A stretch of 64,000 nucleotides of DNA from an uncultured bacterium (GCA_964372875.1 CAYJTB010000004.1:4343-68342); one strand, 5' to 3'; numbered from the stretch's first letter, positions 46,311-56,876 are shown. The notes: a model not told the origin generated them from the letters alone. Program-made: numbers and translations.

Positions 46311-47141
46311 ACAGGCTATCCGTAAGGCATGTCGTTACTTCGAAGAGATGAGGTTTATTTTCAGGTTTGGTGCCAATCAAAAGATTACGTGGTCCTTGCT
46401 TATCGCCATGACTCAGTTTCACCTGCGGAACCACTTTGGCCGGACAAAAAAGAACCAAAAGGAAGCCACGAAGCGTTACTGCCTTAAGTTAATGAACCGA
46501 ACCATTGATGTCTGGTTTCGTACTTATGCGGGCGATCTCTTCGTCTTGAACGAAGTATTTTTAGATCAATGCTATCGATTGCCGAAATTCCTGGATTGTT
46601 CTTTTCGGAATATCATCGATCTCGGAGCCAATGTAGGTTTGACCACACTCTATTTCAGCCAGTATTTTCCAAAAGCTAATTTTGTCTGCATTGAACCAAA
46701 CCCGGAAAACTTTCTCCTCCTTAAAAGAAATCTTTCATCTCTGAGAGTCACCCTCATTGAAGAGCTGTCAATTCTCATTCTGGAGAAGCTTGGTTTGACG
46801 ATTCGAAGCCGAGTTGGGGCGGATGCCTCACCACCATGCGCCCTTCGGGGAAGGAGATCAGAACTTATTCAATGGACCAAATCATGCAAGAATGCGGTTT
46901 GGAATCGACCGATCTTCTCAAGGTAGATATCGAGGGAGCAGAAAAACAGGTGTTTGACGGTGTCAAAGCATGGCTTAACGTCGTTAAAATGATCATCATT
47001 GAACTACATGGAAGCTATCCCCTTGCCGATTTCGAAAAAGAGGTATCAAAGAGTGGATTTCGGGTATTACCTCCAAATTCAGAATACAGAAACAAAATGG
47101 TTATGGCCCTATCACCTACCGCAATCTCGAAAGAATTTTGA
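46249..47141 (+). pseudogene. FkbM-family methyltransferase split by a frameshift into two ORFs (46249..46926 and 46836..47141).
   Basis: The N-terminal part carries IIDLGANVGLTTLYF (the FkbM SAM motif). The C-terminal part (LLKVDIEGAEKQVFDG...ELHG) is in a different frame. Confidence 0.5.
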
Positions 47142-47144
47142 ATT

Positions 47145-48296
47145 TTGAATAAGGTTATCTACATACAGTATACCAATCCAGCCGGATACCCTTCGCTGGA
47201 ACACAGCTCCCGGATTCTGGCGGACCGCGGCTGGCAGGTACGCTTCTTAGGCACGGGTGCCTTTGGCGCGAATAGATTGCAATTTCAGGAACATCCCAGG
47301 ATTTCGGTCAAACTTCTTCCCTTCTGCCGCGAAGGATGGAAACAAAAACTTCACTATCTCTGGTTTTGTGTCTGGACGATTACTTGGTTTCTATTCTGGC
47401 GCCCCCAATGGATCTACGCTTCGGACCTTTGGTCATGCCCCCTTGCTTGGTTCCTGAGCCTCCTAGGAGCACGAATCATTTATCACGAACATGATTCACC
47501 CGGAAGTTCTGGCGGAAGATTATGGTTTAACCTATGTCATTGGTGTCGGAGAAAAATCGCTCGTCAAGCCAATGTAGTCGTCATTCCAAGTAAAGAACGA
47601 GCGGACAGATTTTTAAATGATACTCAGACTCATCGTATGATCCATTGCATTTGGAACTGCCCAAGCAAAAGAGAAATGTCCACCTTGCGTCAATCTCTCG
47701 CCAAAGAAAATGGCGATCCCACCCTCAAAATTTATTATCACGGGAGTCTCAATCCTTATCTGCTTCCGTTAACGTTGCTAAAGGCGCTTGCATTGCTGGA
47801 GGGGCAGGTTCGGTTATTGGCTATCGGTTACGAAACAGTCGGTTCTCAAGGTTATCGAAATATTTTTGAACAAAGAGCCAAGGAAATAGGTGTAAAAAAA
47901 TATGTATCTCTCTTTCCGCCGAAGCCTCGGTCCGAGTTGTTTCATTTAGCGGCACAATGTGAAGTAGGACTGGCTCTCTTTCCGATGCACTCGGACGATT
48001 TCAATTTTCAACACATGGTAGGGGCTTCCAACAAACCTTTCGATTACCTAGCGAACGGCCTCGCCGTTTTGGTTTCTGATCTGCAAGATTGGAAGGAGAT
48101 GTATGTGGAGCCGGGGTATGGATTGGCTTGTGACCCCAGTGACCCCCAAAGTATTGCTGCCCGTCTTCAGTGGTTTTTAGACCACCGTGAAGAAACGCAA
48201 TCTATGGGCGAGCGCGGCCGGCAGCGGATTTTATCCGAGTGGAATTATGAACGGCAGTTTGCGCCGGTTTTGAAACAGCTACTGGTCCACCGATAA
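47145..48296 (+). CDS. Glycosyltransferase family 4.
   Basis: GT-B fold with N-terminal WQVRFLG and a C-terminal nucleotide-sugar-binding domain. Confidence 0.7.
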   Translation: MNKVIYIQYTNPAGYPSLEHSSRILADRGWQVRFLGTGAFGANRLQFQEHPRISVKLLPFCREGWKQKLHYLWFCVWTITWFLFWRPQWIYASDLWSCPLAWFLSLLGARIIYHEHDSPGSSGGRLWFNLCHWCRRKIARQANVVVIPSKERADRFLNDTQTHRMIHCIWNCPSKREMSTLRQSLAKENGDPTLKIYYHGSLNPYLLPLTLLKALALLEGQVRLLAIGYETVGSQGYRNIFEQRAKEIGVKKYVSLFPPKPRSELFHLAAQCEVGLALFPMHSDDFNFQHMVGASNKPFDYLANGLAVLVSDLQDWKEMYVEPGYGLACDPSDPQSIAARLQWFLDHREETQSMGERGRQRILSEWNYERQFAPVLKQLLVHR

Positions 48297-48321
48297 ATCA
48301 TAGGGAGTTCAGATATGAGGG

Positions 48322-49617
48322 CTAAAGAAGATAGTACCAGGCGGGGATCATCCGGATTTTCCCGGAAATCTGGTAGCGATCCTTTGAAACCAGGATTTTT
48401 GATTTGCTCTTTAGAGAAGTCTTCTGAAAAGCTTCCATTTCCCGCGGTGGAATCGAATCCGTATAGCAAGTCTGGACCAAATGAGTCCCCTGTTTAAGAA
48501 AAGCGAAATCAATCTCGGGATCTTCGGTGTACCCCAGCCCCTTTTCATCCTTGAGGGCCTGGAAAACCAGGTTTTCAATCAGGAAGCCGCTGTCCCGGTC
48601 GACATTCCATGCCGCCGCATTTCGCAGACCGATATCAGCGACATAAATCTTCTTGCGAATCGTTTCTCTAAGTCTGGGTTTGAGGGAAAAGGAAAAGGGA
48701 GGAAGAAAGGAAAAAAGACCCGACCTTTCAAAGTAAGTCAGATATTCTTTCAAGGTATCGACGGCGATGTTCAAGGTGCCGGCGAGGGAGCGATAGCTCA
48801 GGGCTCTTCCCATGTTCGAGATCAAATATAAGGCCAGGGCTTCCAGTTTAAGGGGTTGTCTAATTTCGTACCTTCTAATCAGGTCACGGTAGAGAATGTC
48901 TTGGAAATATTGTCGAAGCAGGTCTTCCTTTAAGGCGGGGTCCTTGGTGAGAACGATACCTGGAAACCCTCCCTCCTTGAGGTATTTCTCGAAATAATGT
49001 CTCAACTCCGCTCTTTGATCGATCAGGGCTTCGTAAGAGCCCCTCTCGGGCACTCTGCCCGTCTTAAAGAGGAGATACTCCCGGAAATCAAGGGGTTTGA
49101 TTTCGAAGGAAAGATTTCTTCCCGTGAGGAGGGTGGCCAGCTCAGTGGATTGCACCGCAGAAGAGGAGCCTGTCAGGATCATTTGAAGCGGCCGCTTCTG
49201 TTCATAAACTTTATTTACCCATTTTTCCCAACCCTTTACCTCCTGGATTTCATCCAGGAAGAGAAACATCTCCCCCTTGGGATTCGTGATTTTCTGGAAG
49301 GTCTCAAGGAGTTGGTCGAGAAACGAAGACCGGTCCATTTCGGGAACGAACAAATTGTTTTCGAAATTGACGAAGGCGACGTTCTGCGGAGGGACATGAT
49401 GGTTCAAAAGATGTTGAATCAGTTGGTAGAGAAGGGTGCTTTTTCCGGAACGCCTGACGCCATAGAGGATTTTCACCTCTCTGACGGAGAAGGACTTGTA
49501 AATCTTGGAGATGTATTCCTCTCGCAGGATTCCCACGTGGGTTTTGAACTCTTTTCCGTGCCACCAGGGATTGGCTTGATGGAGAGACTCCTCGATGGCG
49601 GGATTCATGTCAACCAT
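48322..49617 (-). CDS. AAA+ ATPase with a C-terminal DUF4143 domain.
   Basis: Walker A GVRRSGKST, Walker B FLFLDEIQ and a DUF4143-like C-terminal region. It is on the opposite strand to the surrounding glycosyltransferase genes. Confidence 0.7.
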   Translation of the reverse strand: MVDMNPAIEESLHQANPWWHGKEFKTHVGILREEYISKIYKSFSVREVKILYGVRRSGKSTLLYQLIQHLLNHHVPPQNVAFVNFENNLFVPEMDRSSFLDQLLETFQKITNPKGEMFLFLDEIQEVKGWEKWVNKVYEQKRPLQMILTGSSSAVQSTELATLLTGRNLSFEIKPLDFREYLLFKTGRVPERGSYEALIDQRAELRHYFEKYLKEGGFPGIVLTKDPALKEDLLRQYFQDILYRDLIRRYEIRQPLKLEALALYLISNMGRALSYRSLAGTLNIAVDTLKEYLTYFERSGLFSFLPPFSFSLKPRLRETIRKKIYVADIGLRNAAAWNVDRDSGFLIENLVFQALKDEKGLGYTEDPEIDFAFLKQGTHLVQTCYTDSIPPREMEAFQKTSLKSKSKILVSKDRYQISGKIRMIPAWYYLL

Positions 49618-49775
49618 AACCTACAATATACAAATTTTTTGTCAAGTATAATCGACAGAAAAGGGTGCCCCAGGCAAGCCCGGGGGAACCGGAGCAGTAC
49701 CTGCCCGAGGTTCCATGCCCTGGGCAGGTGGCCGAGCGAAGCGAGGTCCCTTGACATATTAACCCTAGCTCTCCT

Positions 49776-49866
49776 TGGCGAAGGCGAGGGAGGTCGCCAA
49801 CGGATCCTGGGCGAATGGAATTATGAACGGCAGTTTGCGCCGGTATTGGAGTTATTAAATGGTTAA
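49776..49866 (+). pseudogene. Orphan 3' fragment duplicating the end of the GT4 gene 47145..48296.
   Basis: It translates to GEGEGGRQRILGEWNYERQFAPVLELLNG* against the intact GERGRQRILSEWNYERQFAPVLKQLLVHR*. There is a 29-nt identical core, and its stop overlaps the next gene's ATG. Confidence 0.6.
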
Positions 49867-51130
49867 ATTCGAAAAAGTAACCGAGCAGTTTGCTGACTTT
49901 ACAAGGAGTCTCCTTGGCAGACGATTAGCTTGTCTACTCGTAAACACGACGGCTTTTATAGGACTTACACTTATGACATTCATAAGTCGAAGGCTCGTTT
50001 ATGATGAGCCGGCACATCTCGAATGTGTAGGAAGCTTATCGAAGCTCGGATTTTCGATTGCCTTTTTAAGAAATTCGTCAGTGGCCCCAGGTCCTCTTTT
50101 CTGTATCATCCACTATTTCTTGCAGCCACTGACTCATTTGCAACTTCCGTTTCTAAGATTAGTGAATATCTTCCTCCTAGGTCTTCTCATATTTGCTCTG
50201 GTGTTTTTGTTCCGGATCAAAAAAACTAAAAACAATGAAATTTTGTCGGCCTTCAGTATTTTGGGAGCGCCTATGACAATGGTGATTAGCGGGATGACGT
50301 TAACAGAGATTCCCGCAATGGTTTTCTTCTATAGCGGGCTTTTACTTCTCCTATTAAGCATTCAATCCGAAGATTATTCCAATTTTTTTAGATTCGTCTG
50401 CGCCTTGAGCGGCGGCCTAGCAATCGCGCTATCAGTTTATGGGCGCCAAACGTTTTTCGCGGCTCTTTTAGCTCTGCCGTTACTCGCAATTTATAAATGG
50501 AAATTTAAAAATTTAATTTTAATATGTCTTTGCGCAGCCCTCGTTCCTTCACTGGTCTTATTCTCTATTTGGGGGGGGAGTGCCCCTCCCCTCGTTTCTC
50601 ACATTTCGAATGGATTCTCAGTCACGAATCTATTTTTGTCCTTTTCTTATGCAGGGGTAGTAATGATGATTTTCTCACCGGCTTGGTTCAGCCTTGGCGG
50701 ATCTCTCAACCTGAAAGTATTCTTTCTCATCTTGATTGGCAATTGTTTCACAGGATTTTTCGATTTTAAACCCGGTCTTTCGATGGCTTATAAAATTTTT
50801 CCTGAATCATTAATTTGGATCTACTGGCGCATGGCATCAAGTGCGTTTATCGCCTGCGGCATTCTCTTTTTAGTTTCTATCGTAAAGAACATAAAAGAGA
50901 ATTTGAGCGACGGAATGTTTGTCTTCTTTTGTGTCACGCTTTGTTTGATTTTAGGTACTTCCGGCAAAATCACTGCCCAATATTCGAGTCGATATCTGGC
51001 TACCGCCATTCCTCTTCTTGTTTTGGTTGGGGACAATTATAGTTCGGAGTCATATTGGAAAGCGCTAAGAATGGGCCTTGGGAGCATAATCGGCATCTTA
51101 ATTCTAGCCACCTATCTAAAGTTGCTGTAG
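49859..51130 (+). CDS. GT-C family membrane glycosyltransferase (ArnT/PMT-like, PF13231-type).
   Basis: About 11 TM helices and an LVYDEPAH motif resembling the GT-C DE(x)RYAE periplasmic loop motif. Confidence 0.5.
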   Translation: MVKFEKVTEQFADFTRSLLGRRLACLLVNTTAFIGLTLMTFISRRLVYDEPAHLECVGSLSKLGFSIAFLRNSSVAPGPLFCIIHYFLQPLTHLQLPFLRLVNIFLLGLLIFALVFLFRIKKTKNNEILSAFSILGAPMTMVISGMTLTEIPAMVFFYSGLLLLLLSIQSEDYSNFFRFVCALSGGLAIALSVYGRQTFFAALLALPLLAIYKWKFKNLILICLCAALVPSLVLFSIWGGSAPPLVSHISNGFSVTNLFLSFSYAGVVMMIFSPAWFSLGGSLNLKVFFLILIGNCFTGFFDFKPGLSMAYKIFPESLIWIYWRMASSAFIACGILFLVSIVKNIKENLSDGMFVFFCVTLCLILGTSGKITAQYSSRYLATAIPLLVLVGDNYSSESYWKALRMGLGSIIGILILATYLKLL

Positions 51131-51151
51131 ATGATCGCAGGAATGAGTTAA

Positions 51152-52342
51152 ATGGAAAGCCTCCTTGTCGTCGAGACTCACCCTATCCAATACCATGCAC
51201 CGGTATATCGGGTATTGCAGCAACAATTTGGGATTCCCGTAACGGCGATTTACGGTTCAGACTTCAGCATTGTGGGTTATAGAGATAGAGAATTTAATGC
51301 AGACTTTGCCTGGGATACGGATCTCTTATCCGGCTACACCTCCATTTTTTTATCCCATGTGGCTCGAGGCGGGGCTGCTTCGATGGAAAAGGTATCTGCC
51401 CACGGTCTCAGAAAGCATCTTCTGGATTTAAATCCCCAAGCTATTTTGATCGTGGGGTACCATTCTTTTTTCCACCAGGCAGCCTTCCATCATTCTCGGA
51501 AACTTGGATGTCCCATTCTTTTCCGTGGCGATACGGCAGACCATGCGGTGAAGCGGGGACTGATCAAAACATGGTTAAGGGACCGCACCCTGAAGTGGTT
51601 TTACTCAAAATGCGAGAGGTTGCTTTATATCAGTCAGCGTTCGTTTGAGCATTTCAGGCGTCTAGGCTGTCCTGAAGAAAAGCTGATTTTCTCTCCTTAC
51701 TGTGTGGACATATCTTCTTTTAGATGCGTCGAAAAAGACAGAGAAGAGCTGCGTCCTCTTGTACGGAAACAACTAGGAATTGATGAAACAGAACTGGCGA
51801 TTCTATTTTCGGGAAAACTGATTCCAAGAAAAGGGCCCGACCTTCTCATAGAAGCCGTCAAAAATCTTCCTCCAAAACTCCGCGAGAAAACCGTTTTGAT
51901 TTTTATGGGAGATGGAAAACTCAGAAGGCAACTTGAGCAACTTTCTTCAGGGTTTCCCGCCAAGAACATACATTTCATCGGTTTTCAGAACCAAACAACC
52001 CTGAGCCCCTATTATCATGCTGCTGATTTGTTTGTTCTTCCAAGTCGTTCCGAAGTGTGGGGTGTCGTGGTTAACGAGGCATTGCACCACGGTCTTCCTT
52101 GTGTAGTTTCACAGGGAGTGGGAGCGGCTCCGGATCTTATTGAGCCGGGCGTGACAGGTGAAATTTTTGAAACTAATTCTCCGGAAAGTCTTGCGCTGGC
52201 CTTACAGCGAGCATTGCATTTAGCGGGGCGGCTTGAAATTCGTCAGAAATGCCGGCAGAAAATGGAAGGATATACCATTCATAAAGCAGCGGAAGGAATT
52301 GCCAGGGCCTTTCACGAAGTTGTGGGAGTCCATGCCGGATAA
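51152..52342 (+). CDS. Glycosyltransferase family 4.
   Basis: EVWGVVVNEALHHGLPCVVS E-x7-E motif. Confidence 0.75.
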   Translation: MESLLVVETHPIQYHAPVYRVLQQQFGIPVTAIYGSDFSIVGYRDREFNADFAWDTDLLSGYTSIFLSHVARGGAASMEKVSAHGLRKHLLDLNPQAILIVGYHSFFHQAAFHHSRKLGCPILFRGDTADHAVKRGLIKTWLRDRTLKWFYSKCERLLYISQRSFEHFRRLGCPEEKLIFSPYCVDISSFRCVEKDREELRPLVRKQLGIDETELAILFSGKLIPRKGPDLLIEAVKNLPPKLREKTVLIFMGDGKLRRQLEQLSSGFPAKNIHFIGFQNQTTLSPYYHAADLFVLPSRSEVWGVVVNEALHHGLPCVVSQGVGAAPDLIEPGVTGEIFETNSPESLALALQRALHLAGRLEIRQKCRQKMEGYTIHKAAEGIARAFHEVVGVHAG

Positions 52343-53360
52343 GCTTTTATTAGTTGGAAATGCCGGAGAAACCCACATCGGATCAAATTTACTTTATGCA
52401 GCTAAAGAATTAGGGCTCGATATCCAATTCCTAGATGTCAGAGAAGCTTACAAGGGTCCGGCGTGGCGGCGTAAAATTAATTGGTGGCTTCTTGAGCATC
52501 GGCCTTCATTGTTAAAAGAATTCAGCCAGAGAATTAAAAGCGCGTGTCAGACATTTCAACCCCGCTGGATGCTTTCGATCGGCATTGCCCCCGTGAATAA
52601 GGAAGCGCTTGAGGAGATTGGCAAACTAGGCACTCAGCGTTTGAATTACCTCACAGACGATCCGTGGAATGCGGCCCACAAGGCCGGTTGGTTTCTGAAG
52701 GCACTGCCACTTTATGATCATATTTTTTCCGTCCGTCGGTCAAATTTATCAGATTTGGATAAAGCCGGATGTAGCCGGGTTTCCTATCTTCCTTTCGCTT
52801 ATGCCCCCGAACTTCATTTCCCCGAATCTCCTGAAACGACAGAGGAAAAAGCACGGTTTGATTGCGACATCGTTTTTGTCGGCGGCGCGGACCGAGACCG
52901 CATCCCTTATATTAAGACCTTGGTTCAAGCAGGCTTTAAAGTTCATCTTTATGGAGGCTATTGGGATCGATATCCAAAAATGAAATCCTGTTACCGGGGC
53001 TATGCGGACCCTCAAACTTTTCGAAAAGCCATCGGCGGCGCAAAAGTTTCACTTTGCCTTGTCCGGCACGCCAATCGGGACGGAAATTCAATGCGCACAT
53101 TTGAGATTCCCGCGATCGGTGGTTGCATGCTGACGGAAGATACCGAGGAACACCGTGAAATTTTTGGAGAAGACGGCAAAGCCGTCGTTTATTTCAAAAC
53201 GATTCCTGAAATGATAGAAAAACTAAAGTATCTTTTGTGTCACCAGGAAGAAACCCAGAGATTAAAAATAGCTGCTTACCGGTTGATCATTCATGGAAAG
53301 AATGCTTACAAGGATCGCCTCGGGACAATGCTCCAATTTAAGGAAACAAAGAATGGATGA
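52332..53360 (+). CDS. CgeB-family (DUF3880 / Glyco_trans_1_2) glycosyltransferase-like protein.
   Basis: It is paralogous to the C-terminal region of 24545..25699 (VFVGGADRDRIPYIKTL...IPAIGGCMLTED...ETQRLKIAAYRLI). Confidence 0.55.
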   Translation: MPDKLLLVGNAGETHIGSNLLYAAKELGLDIQFLDVREAYKGPAWRRKINWWLLEHRPSLLKEFSQRIKSACQTFQPRWMLSIGIAPVNKEALEEIGKLGTQRLNYLTDDPWNAAHKAGWFLKALPLYDHIFSVRRSNLSDLDKAGCSRVSYLPFAYAPELHFPESPETTEEKARFDCDIVFVGGADRDRIPYIKTLVQAGFKVHLYGGYWDRYPKMKSCYRGYADPQTFRKAIGGAKVSLCLVRHANRDGNSMRTFEIPAIGGCMLTEDTEEHREIFGEDGKAVVYFKTIPEMIEKLKYLLCHQEETQRLKIAAYRLIIHGKNAYKDRLGTMLQFKETKNG

Positions 53361-54330
53361 GTGGTTAAAACAGCATCTGATTTGCCCTCGGGACGATCAA
53401 CGTCTTCAACGGGAGGAAGAAACATTAATTTGTGCTTTGGGGCATACTTATCCGTGCATTGACGGAATCCCCGTGATGTTGTTAAATGAAATTCTTCCAA
53501 CTCATGCGGCTTGTTCCAGAAGTATCCAACAGGCCTATTCTGAAAGTTATATCGCCTCATCTAATAGGGTAAAGCAGGAATCTAGCACCATAGACTCTTT
53601 TGTCCAAAAGGAAATTTCAGCCACTAACGGTCTCATGTACAAACATCTCATCGGAAATTTACCCCGTTATCCCATTCCTGAATTTTCTCTGAAGCCTGAG
53701 ACGGATGAAAATTATCTTTTAGATATTGGATGTAACTGGGGGAGGTGGAGTATCGCAGCGTCTCGAAAGGGTTTTAAAGTGGTAGGAATTGACCCGTCGC
53801 TTGAGGCAATTATGGCTGCGCGCCGTGTGGCAAACCAATTGAATACACATGCCGCATTTGTTGTGGCGGATGGAAGACACATCCCTTTTTCAAGGTGTAG
53901 CTTTGACACGGTTTTTTCATACAGCGTCTTACAGCATTTTTCGGAGCGTGATGTCGAAGCTGTTTTAACTAGAGTTGCTCAAGTTTTAAAACCGGGCGGT
54001 ACGTCTTTGATCCAAATGGCAAATATGTTTGGAGTAAGAAGCCTTTACCATCAGATAAGGCGAGGTTTTAAAAAACCCACAAACTTTCAAGTAAGATATC
54101 GTCGCCCATCTCAATTGAAAAATGCATTCGAAAAATTCATAGGGCCGTCCCGTGTATTTGTAGACGGTTTCTTTGCCCTCAACCCGCAGGAGAGCGATTT
54201 GGATCTGTTACCGCTCCGTTACCAAATTGTTATTAAACTATCTAATGCGTTGCGACGATTTAGCGAGAAAGTTCATGGGGTAGGGTATTTGGCAGATAGT
54301 CTTTACATTCAATCCAAGAAAAATTCATGA
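53353..54330 (+). CDS. Class I SAM-dependent methyltransferase with an N-terminal Trm112-like zinc-ribbon.
   Basis: An N-terminal CPxD...C..C ribbon followed by LLDIGCNWGRWS (motif I) and DTVFSYSVLQHF (motif II region). Confidence 0.65.
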   Translation: MDEWLKQHLICPRDDQRLQREEETLICALGHTYPCIDGIPVMLLNEILPTHAACSRSIQQAYSESYIASSNRVKQESSTIDSFVQKEISATNGLMYKHLIGNLPRYPIPEFSLKPETDENYLLDIGCNWGRWSIAASRKGFKVVGIDPSLEAIMAARRVANQLNTHAAFVVADGRHIPFSRCSFDTVFSYSVLQHFSERDVEAVLTRVAQVLKPGGTSLIQMANMFGVRSLYHQIRRGFKKPTNFQVRYRRPSQLKNAFEKFIGPSRVFVDGFFALNPQESDLDLLPLRYQIVIKLSNALRRFSEKVHGVGYLADSLYIQSKKNS

Positions 54331-55511
54331 AAATTGCCATCGTTGTTCATGGCCGGTTCCATGCTTTTGATTTGGCGAGAGAACTTCTGAAAAGAGGACA
54401 CGAGGTCACGCTCTTTACCAATTATCCCAAATGGGCAGTTGAAACATTCGGGATCCCCAAAAAACATGTAAGGAGCTTTTGGATTCATGGAATTTTATCC
54501 CGGCTATTCGAATTACTTCACAAGACTATGTTTTTTCCATTCCCTGAGGCGCAGCTTCATACACTCTTCGGTCGCTGGACCGCAAGACAGATTCGGGCGG
54601 AACGTTGGGATGTGGTTCATTGTTGGAGCGGGATCTCGGAGGAGAGCAGGAAGGATAAGATGCGAGGAGGGGAACTAAAATTATTGATGCGAGGATCGGC
54701 CCACATCAGAACCCAAGCTTGCATTCTGGAAGAAGAGGAAAAACGGATCGGAAGAAAGATTGAAAAGCCAAGCAAGTGGATTATTGCACGGGAAGAAAGA
54801 GAATATTCCTTGGCCGACAACATTGTTGTGCTCTCGAGCTTTGCTTACCAAAGTTTTATTAACGAGGGAGTTCCGAAAGAAAAATTAAGGCTCCTTCCTT
54901 TAGGCGCTAGGATTGAACATTTCCGTCCGTCATCAGAAGTAATCGAGATCCGGACACGCCGCATTCTCTCTGGAGAACCGCTAAGGGTTCTTTATGTAGG
55001 CACTCTTTCTTATCAAAAAGGACTGTGGGATATGATGTCGATTTTTCGAAGGTTGGGCACTGCAAAATTTCAATTCCGTTTGGTGGGACCTCAAGCTCCC
55101 GAAACCAAACAGAGCTTAAGGGAGGTTCAAGCCTTGGCTGAGCTTGTTTCAAAAACGCCGCAAGCAAAACTTCCTCAACATTACCAGTGGGGCGATTTAT
55201 TTATTTTTCCTACCATTCAAGACGGTTTCGCAGTGGTTCTGGCTCAAGCAAAAGCCGCGTGTCTGCCTATTCTTACGACCACAAATTGCGCAGGTCCCGA
55301 TTTGATTTCAGAAGGAGAAACAGGTTGGATTCTTCCTATTCGTAACCCAAAAGGATTTATTGACCGGCTACAGTGGTGTGACGAGCATCGGAAGGAATTG
55401 GCGGAGATGGTGAAGAAAATTTATGATAAATTTCAGCCGCGCGATTGGTCAGACGTTGCCCGGGATTTTGAACAGATCTGTAAAGAGAGCTTAGAAAACA
55501 ATGGAACCTGA
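54327..55511 (+). CDS. Glycosyltransferase family 4.
   Basis: GT-B fold with a C-terminal QDGFAVVLAQAKAACLPILTT motif. Confidence 0.7.
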   Translation: MKIAIVVHGRFHAFDLARELLKRGHEVTLFTNYPKWAVETFGIPKKHVRSFWIHGILSRLFELLHKTMFFPFPEAQLHTLFGRWTARQIRAERWDVVHCWSGISEESRKDKMRGGELKLLMRGSAHIRTQACILEEEEKRIGRKIEKPSKWIIAREEREYSLADNIVVLSSFAYQSFINEGVPKEKLRLLPLGARIEHFRPSSEVIEIRTRRILSGEPLRVLYVGTLSYQKGLWDMMSIFRRLGTAKFQFRLVGPQAPETKQSLREVQALAELVSKTPQAKLPQHYQWGDLFIFPTIQDGFAVVLAQAKAACLPILTTTNCAGPDLISEGETGWILPIRNPKGFIDRLQWCDEHRKELAEMVKKIYDKFQPRDWSDVARDFEQICKESLENNGT

Positions 55512-56868
55512 AAAAGAACTCATTTTATGGCTTAAGCTTTGGATGGCTGTCATTGCGTTACTTGTTTTGATTCGTTCGAGAAGAAAAGCAGCGGGCAGCG
55601 GGCTCGTACTTGCCTATTTGATGAACTTTTCCCTTCTTCACTGGTTCGGAGCCTTTGTTTATATTCTGCCTTGGTACGATTATAAATGGAACGCCTTGTG
55701 GAATCGTGGCTTTACAATTGATTGGGTGGTGGATGGGCTCAAGCTGTCCGCTTATGGTGTCATTGCCTTTGTTATTGGAAGTCTTTTTCTTTCGCCCTTT
55801 GCAACGGCAGGAATCCGTTCCCATCGCCAAAAAGAAGATCAGACGCCCGACCCCCGCCTCCCCAAAGCCCAAATAAAGATTGGTTTTCTGTGTTATTTTA
55901 TTCTTTCCCCTATCTTGGGAAAGATTCCAAGCATGAGTTCTGTTCTCTCGAGCGGATTGAGTTTAATGGTAACTGGACTAGGTTTAAGTTTGTGGAGTGC
56001 ATGGACAAACGGAAACCGCCGGGCCTTTCGTAAGACGCTTACATTAGGTTTTTTGGGTTTGCCGCTCTTTACTTTGATGGGACAAGGTTTTATGAGTTTC
56101 GGTACCACCGCCGTTTTGGCTTTGGCCGCATTTGTAGTGAGTTTCTATCGTCCGCGCTGGAAGGTATTTATTTTTGGAATTTTGTTCGTGTACGCAGGTC
56201 TGTCTTCCTATGTGACCTACATGAGAGATCGCGGTGCAATTCGACAAGTGATTTGGGAAAAGGCGTCTTTTTCCGAGAAATTCCGTCAGCTTCACCTTAC
56301 CGCCAGCACTTTCGAATGGCTTGATCTGCATAAGCAAACTCATCTTATGAGAATTGATTCCAGATTAAACCAAAATCTGCTTGTGGGTGCGGCCGTGGAG
56401 CATCTCTCTGAAACACACAATTATGCGACGGGTGAAACCCTTTGGCAGGCTGTAGTTGCTTTGGTTCCGAGATTTATTTGGCGGGACAAGCCGAAGTTTG
56501 CCGGAAGCGGTGGTCTTGTCTCCCGTTTTACGGGATTAAAATTCGCAGAAGGAACGAGTGTAGGAATCGGTCAGGTCATGGAACTTTATGTGAACTTTGG
56601 TACCACCGGCGTCATCCTGGGCTTTTTGTCTCTTGGTGTGATTCTGTCAGTCTTTGATGCGATGACCCACGAGTGTCTTTTGCGAGGAGACTGGCAGGGA
56701 TTTACCCTTTGGTTTCTTCCGGGGTTGTGTTTGATGGAAATACTCGGTTCCTTCGCAGGAATTACAGCTAGCATGGCAGGTGCTGTCGTCATGGCGCATT
56801 GGGTGAACCGGTGGCTGCATCGATTCAAAGCAAAGAAAAACTCTCCAACAAAATGGGGAGAGGTTTAA
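55501..56868 (+). CDS. Polytopic membrane protein, O-antigen ligase/polymerase-like.
   Basis: Ten to twelve TM helices with a large loop. There is no enzymatic motif I can verify. Confidence 0.35.
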   Translation: MEPEKELILWLKLWMAVIALLVLIRSRRKAAGSGLVLAYLMNFSLLHWFGAFVYILPWYDYKWNALWNRGFTIDWVVDGLKLSAYGVIAFVIGSLFLSPFATAGIRSHRQKEDQTPDPRLPKAQIKIGFLCYFILSPILGKIPSMSSVLSSGLSLMVTGLGLSLWSAWTNGNRRAFRKTLTLGFLGLPLFTLMGQGFMSFGTTAVLALAAFVVSFYRPRWKVFIFGILFVYAGLSSYVTYMRDRGAIRQVIWEKASFSEKFRQLHLTASTFEWLDLHKQTHLMRIDSRLNQNLLVGAAVEHLSETHNYATGETLWQAVVALVPRFIWRDKPKFAGSGGLVSRFTGLKFAEGTSVGIGQVMELYVNFGTTGVILGFLSLGVILSVFDAMTHECLLRGDWQGFTLWFLPGLCLMEILGSFAGITASMAGAVVMAHWVNRWLHRFKAKKNSPTKWGEV

Positions 56869-56876
56869 GGTATTCC

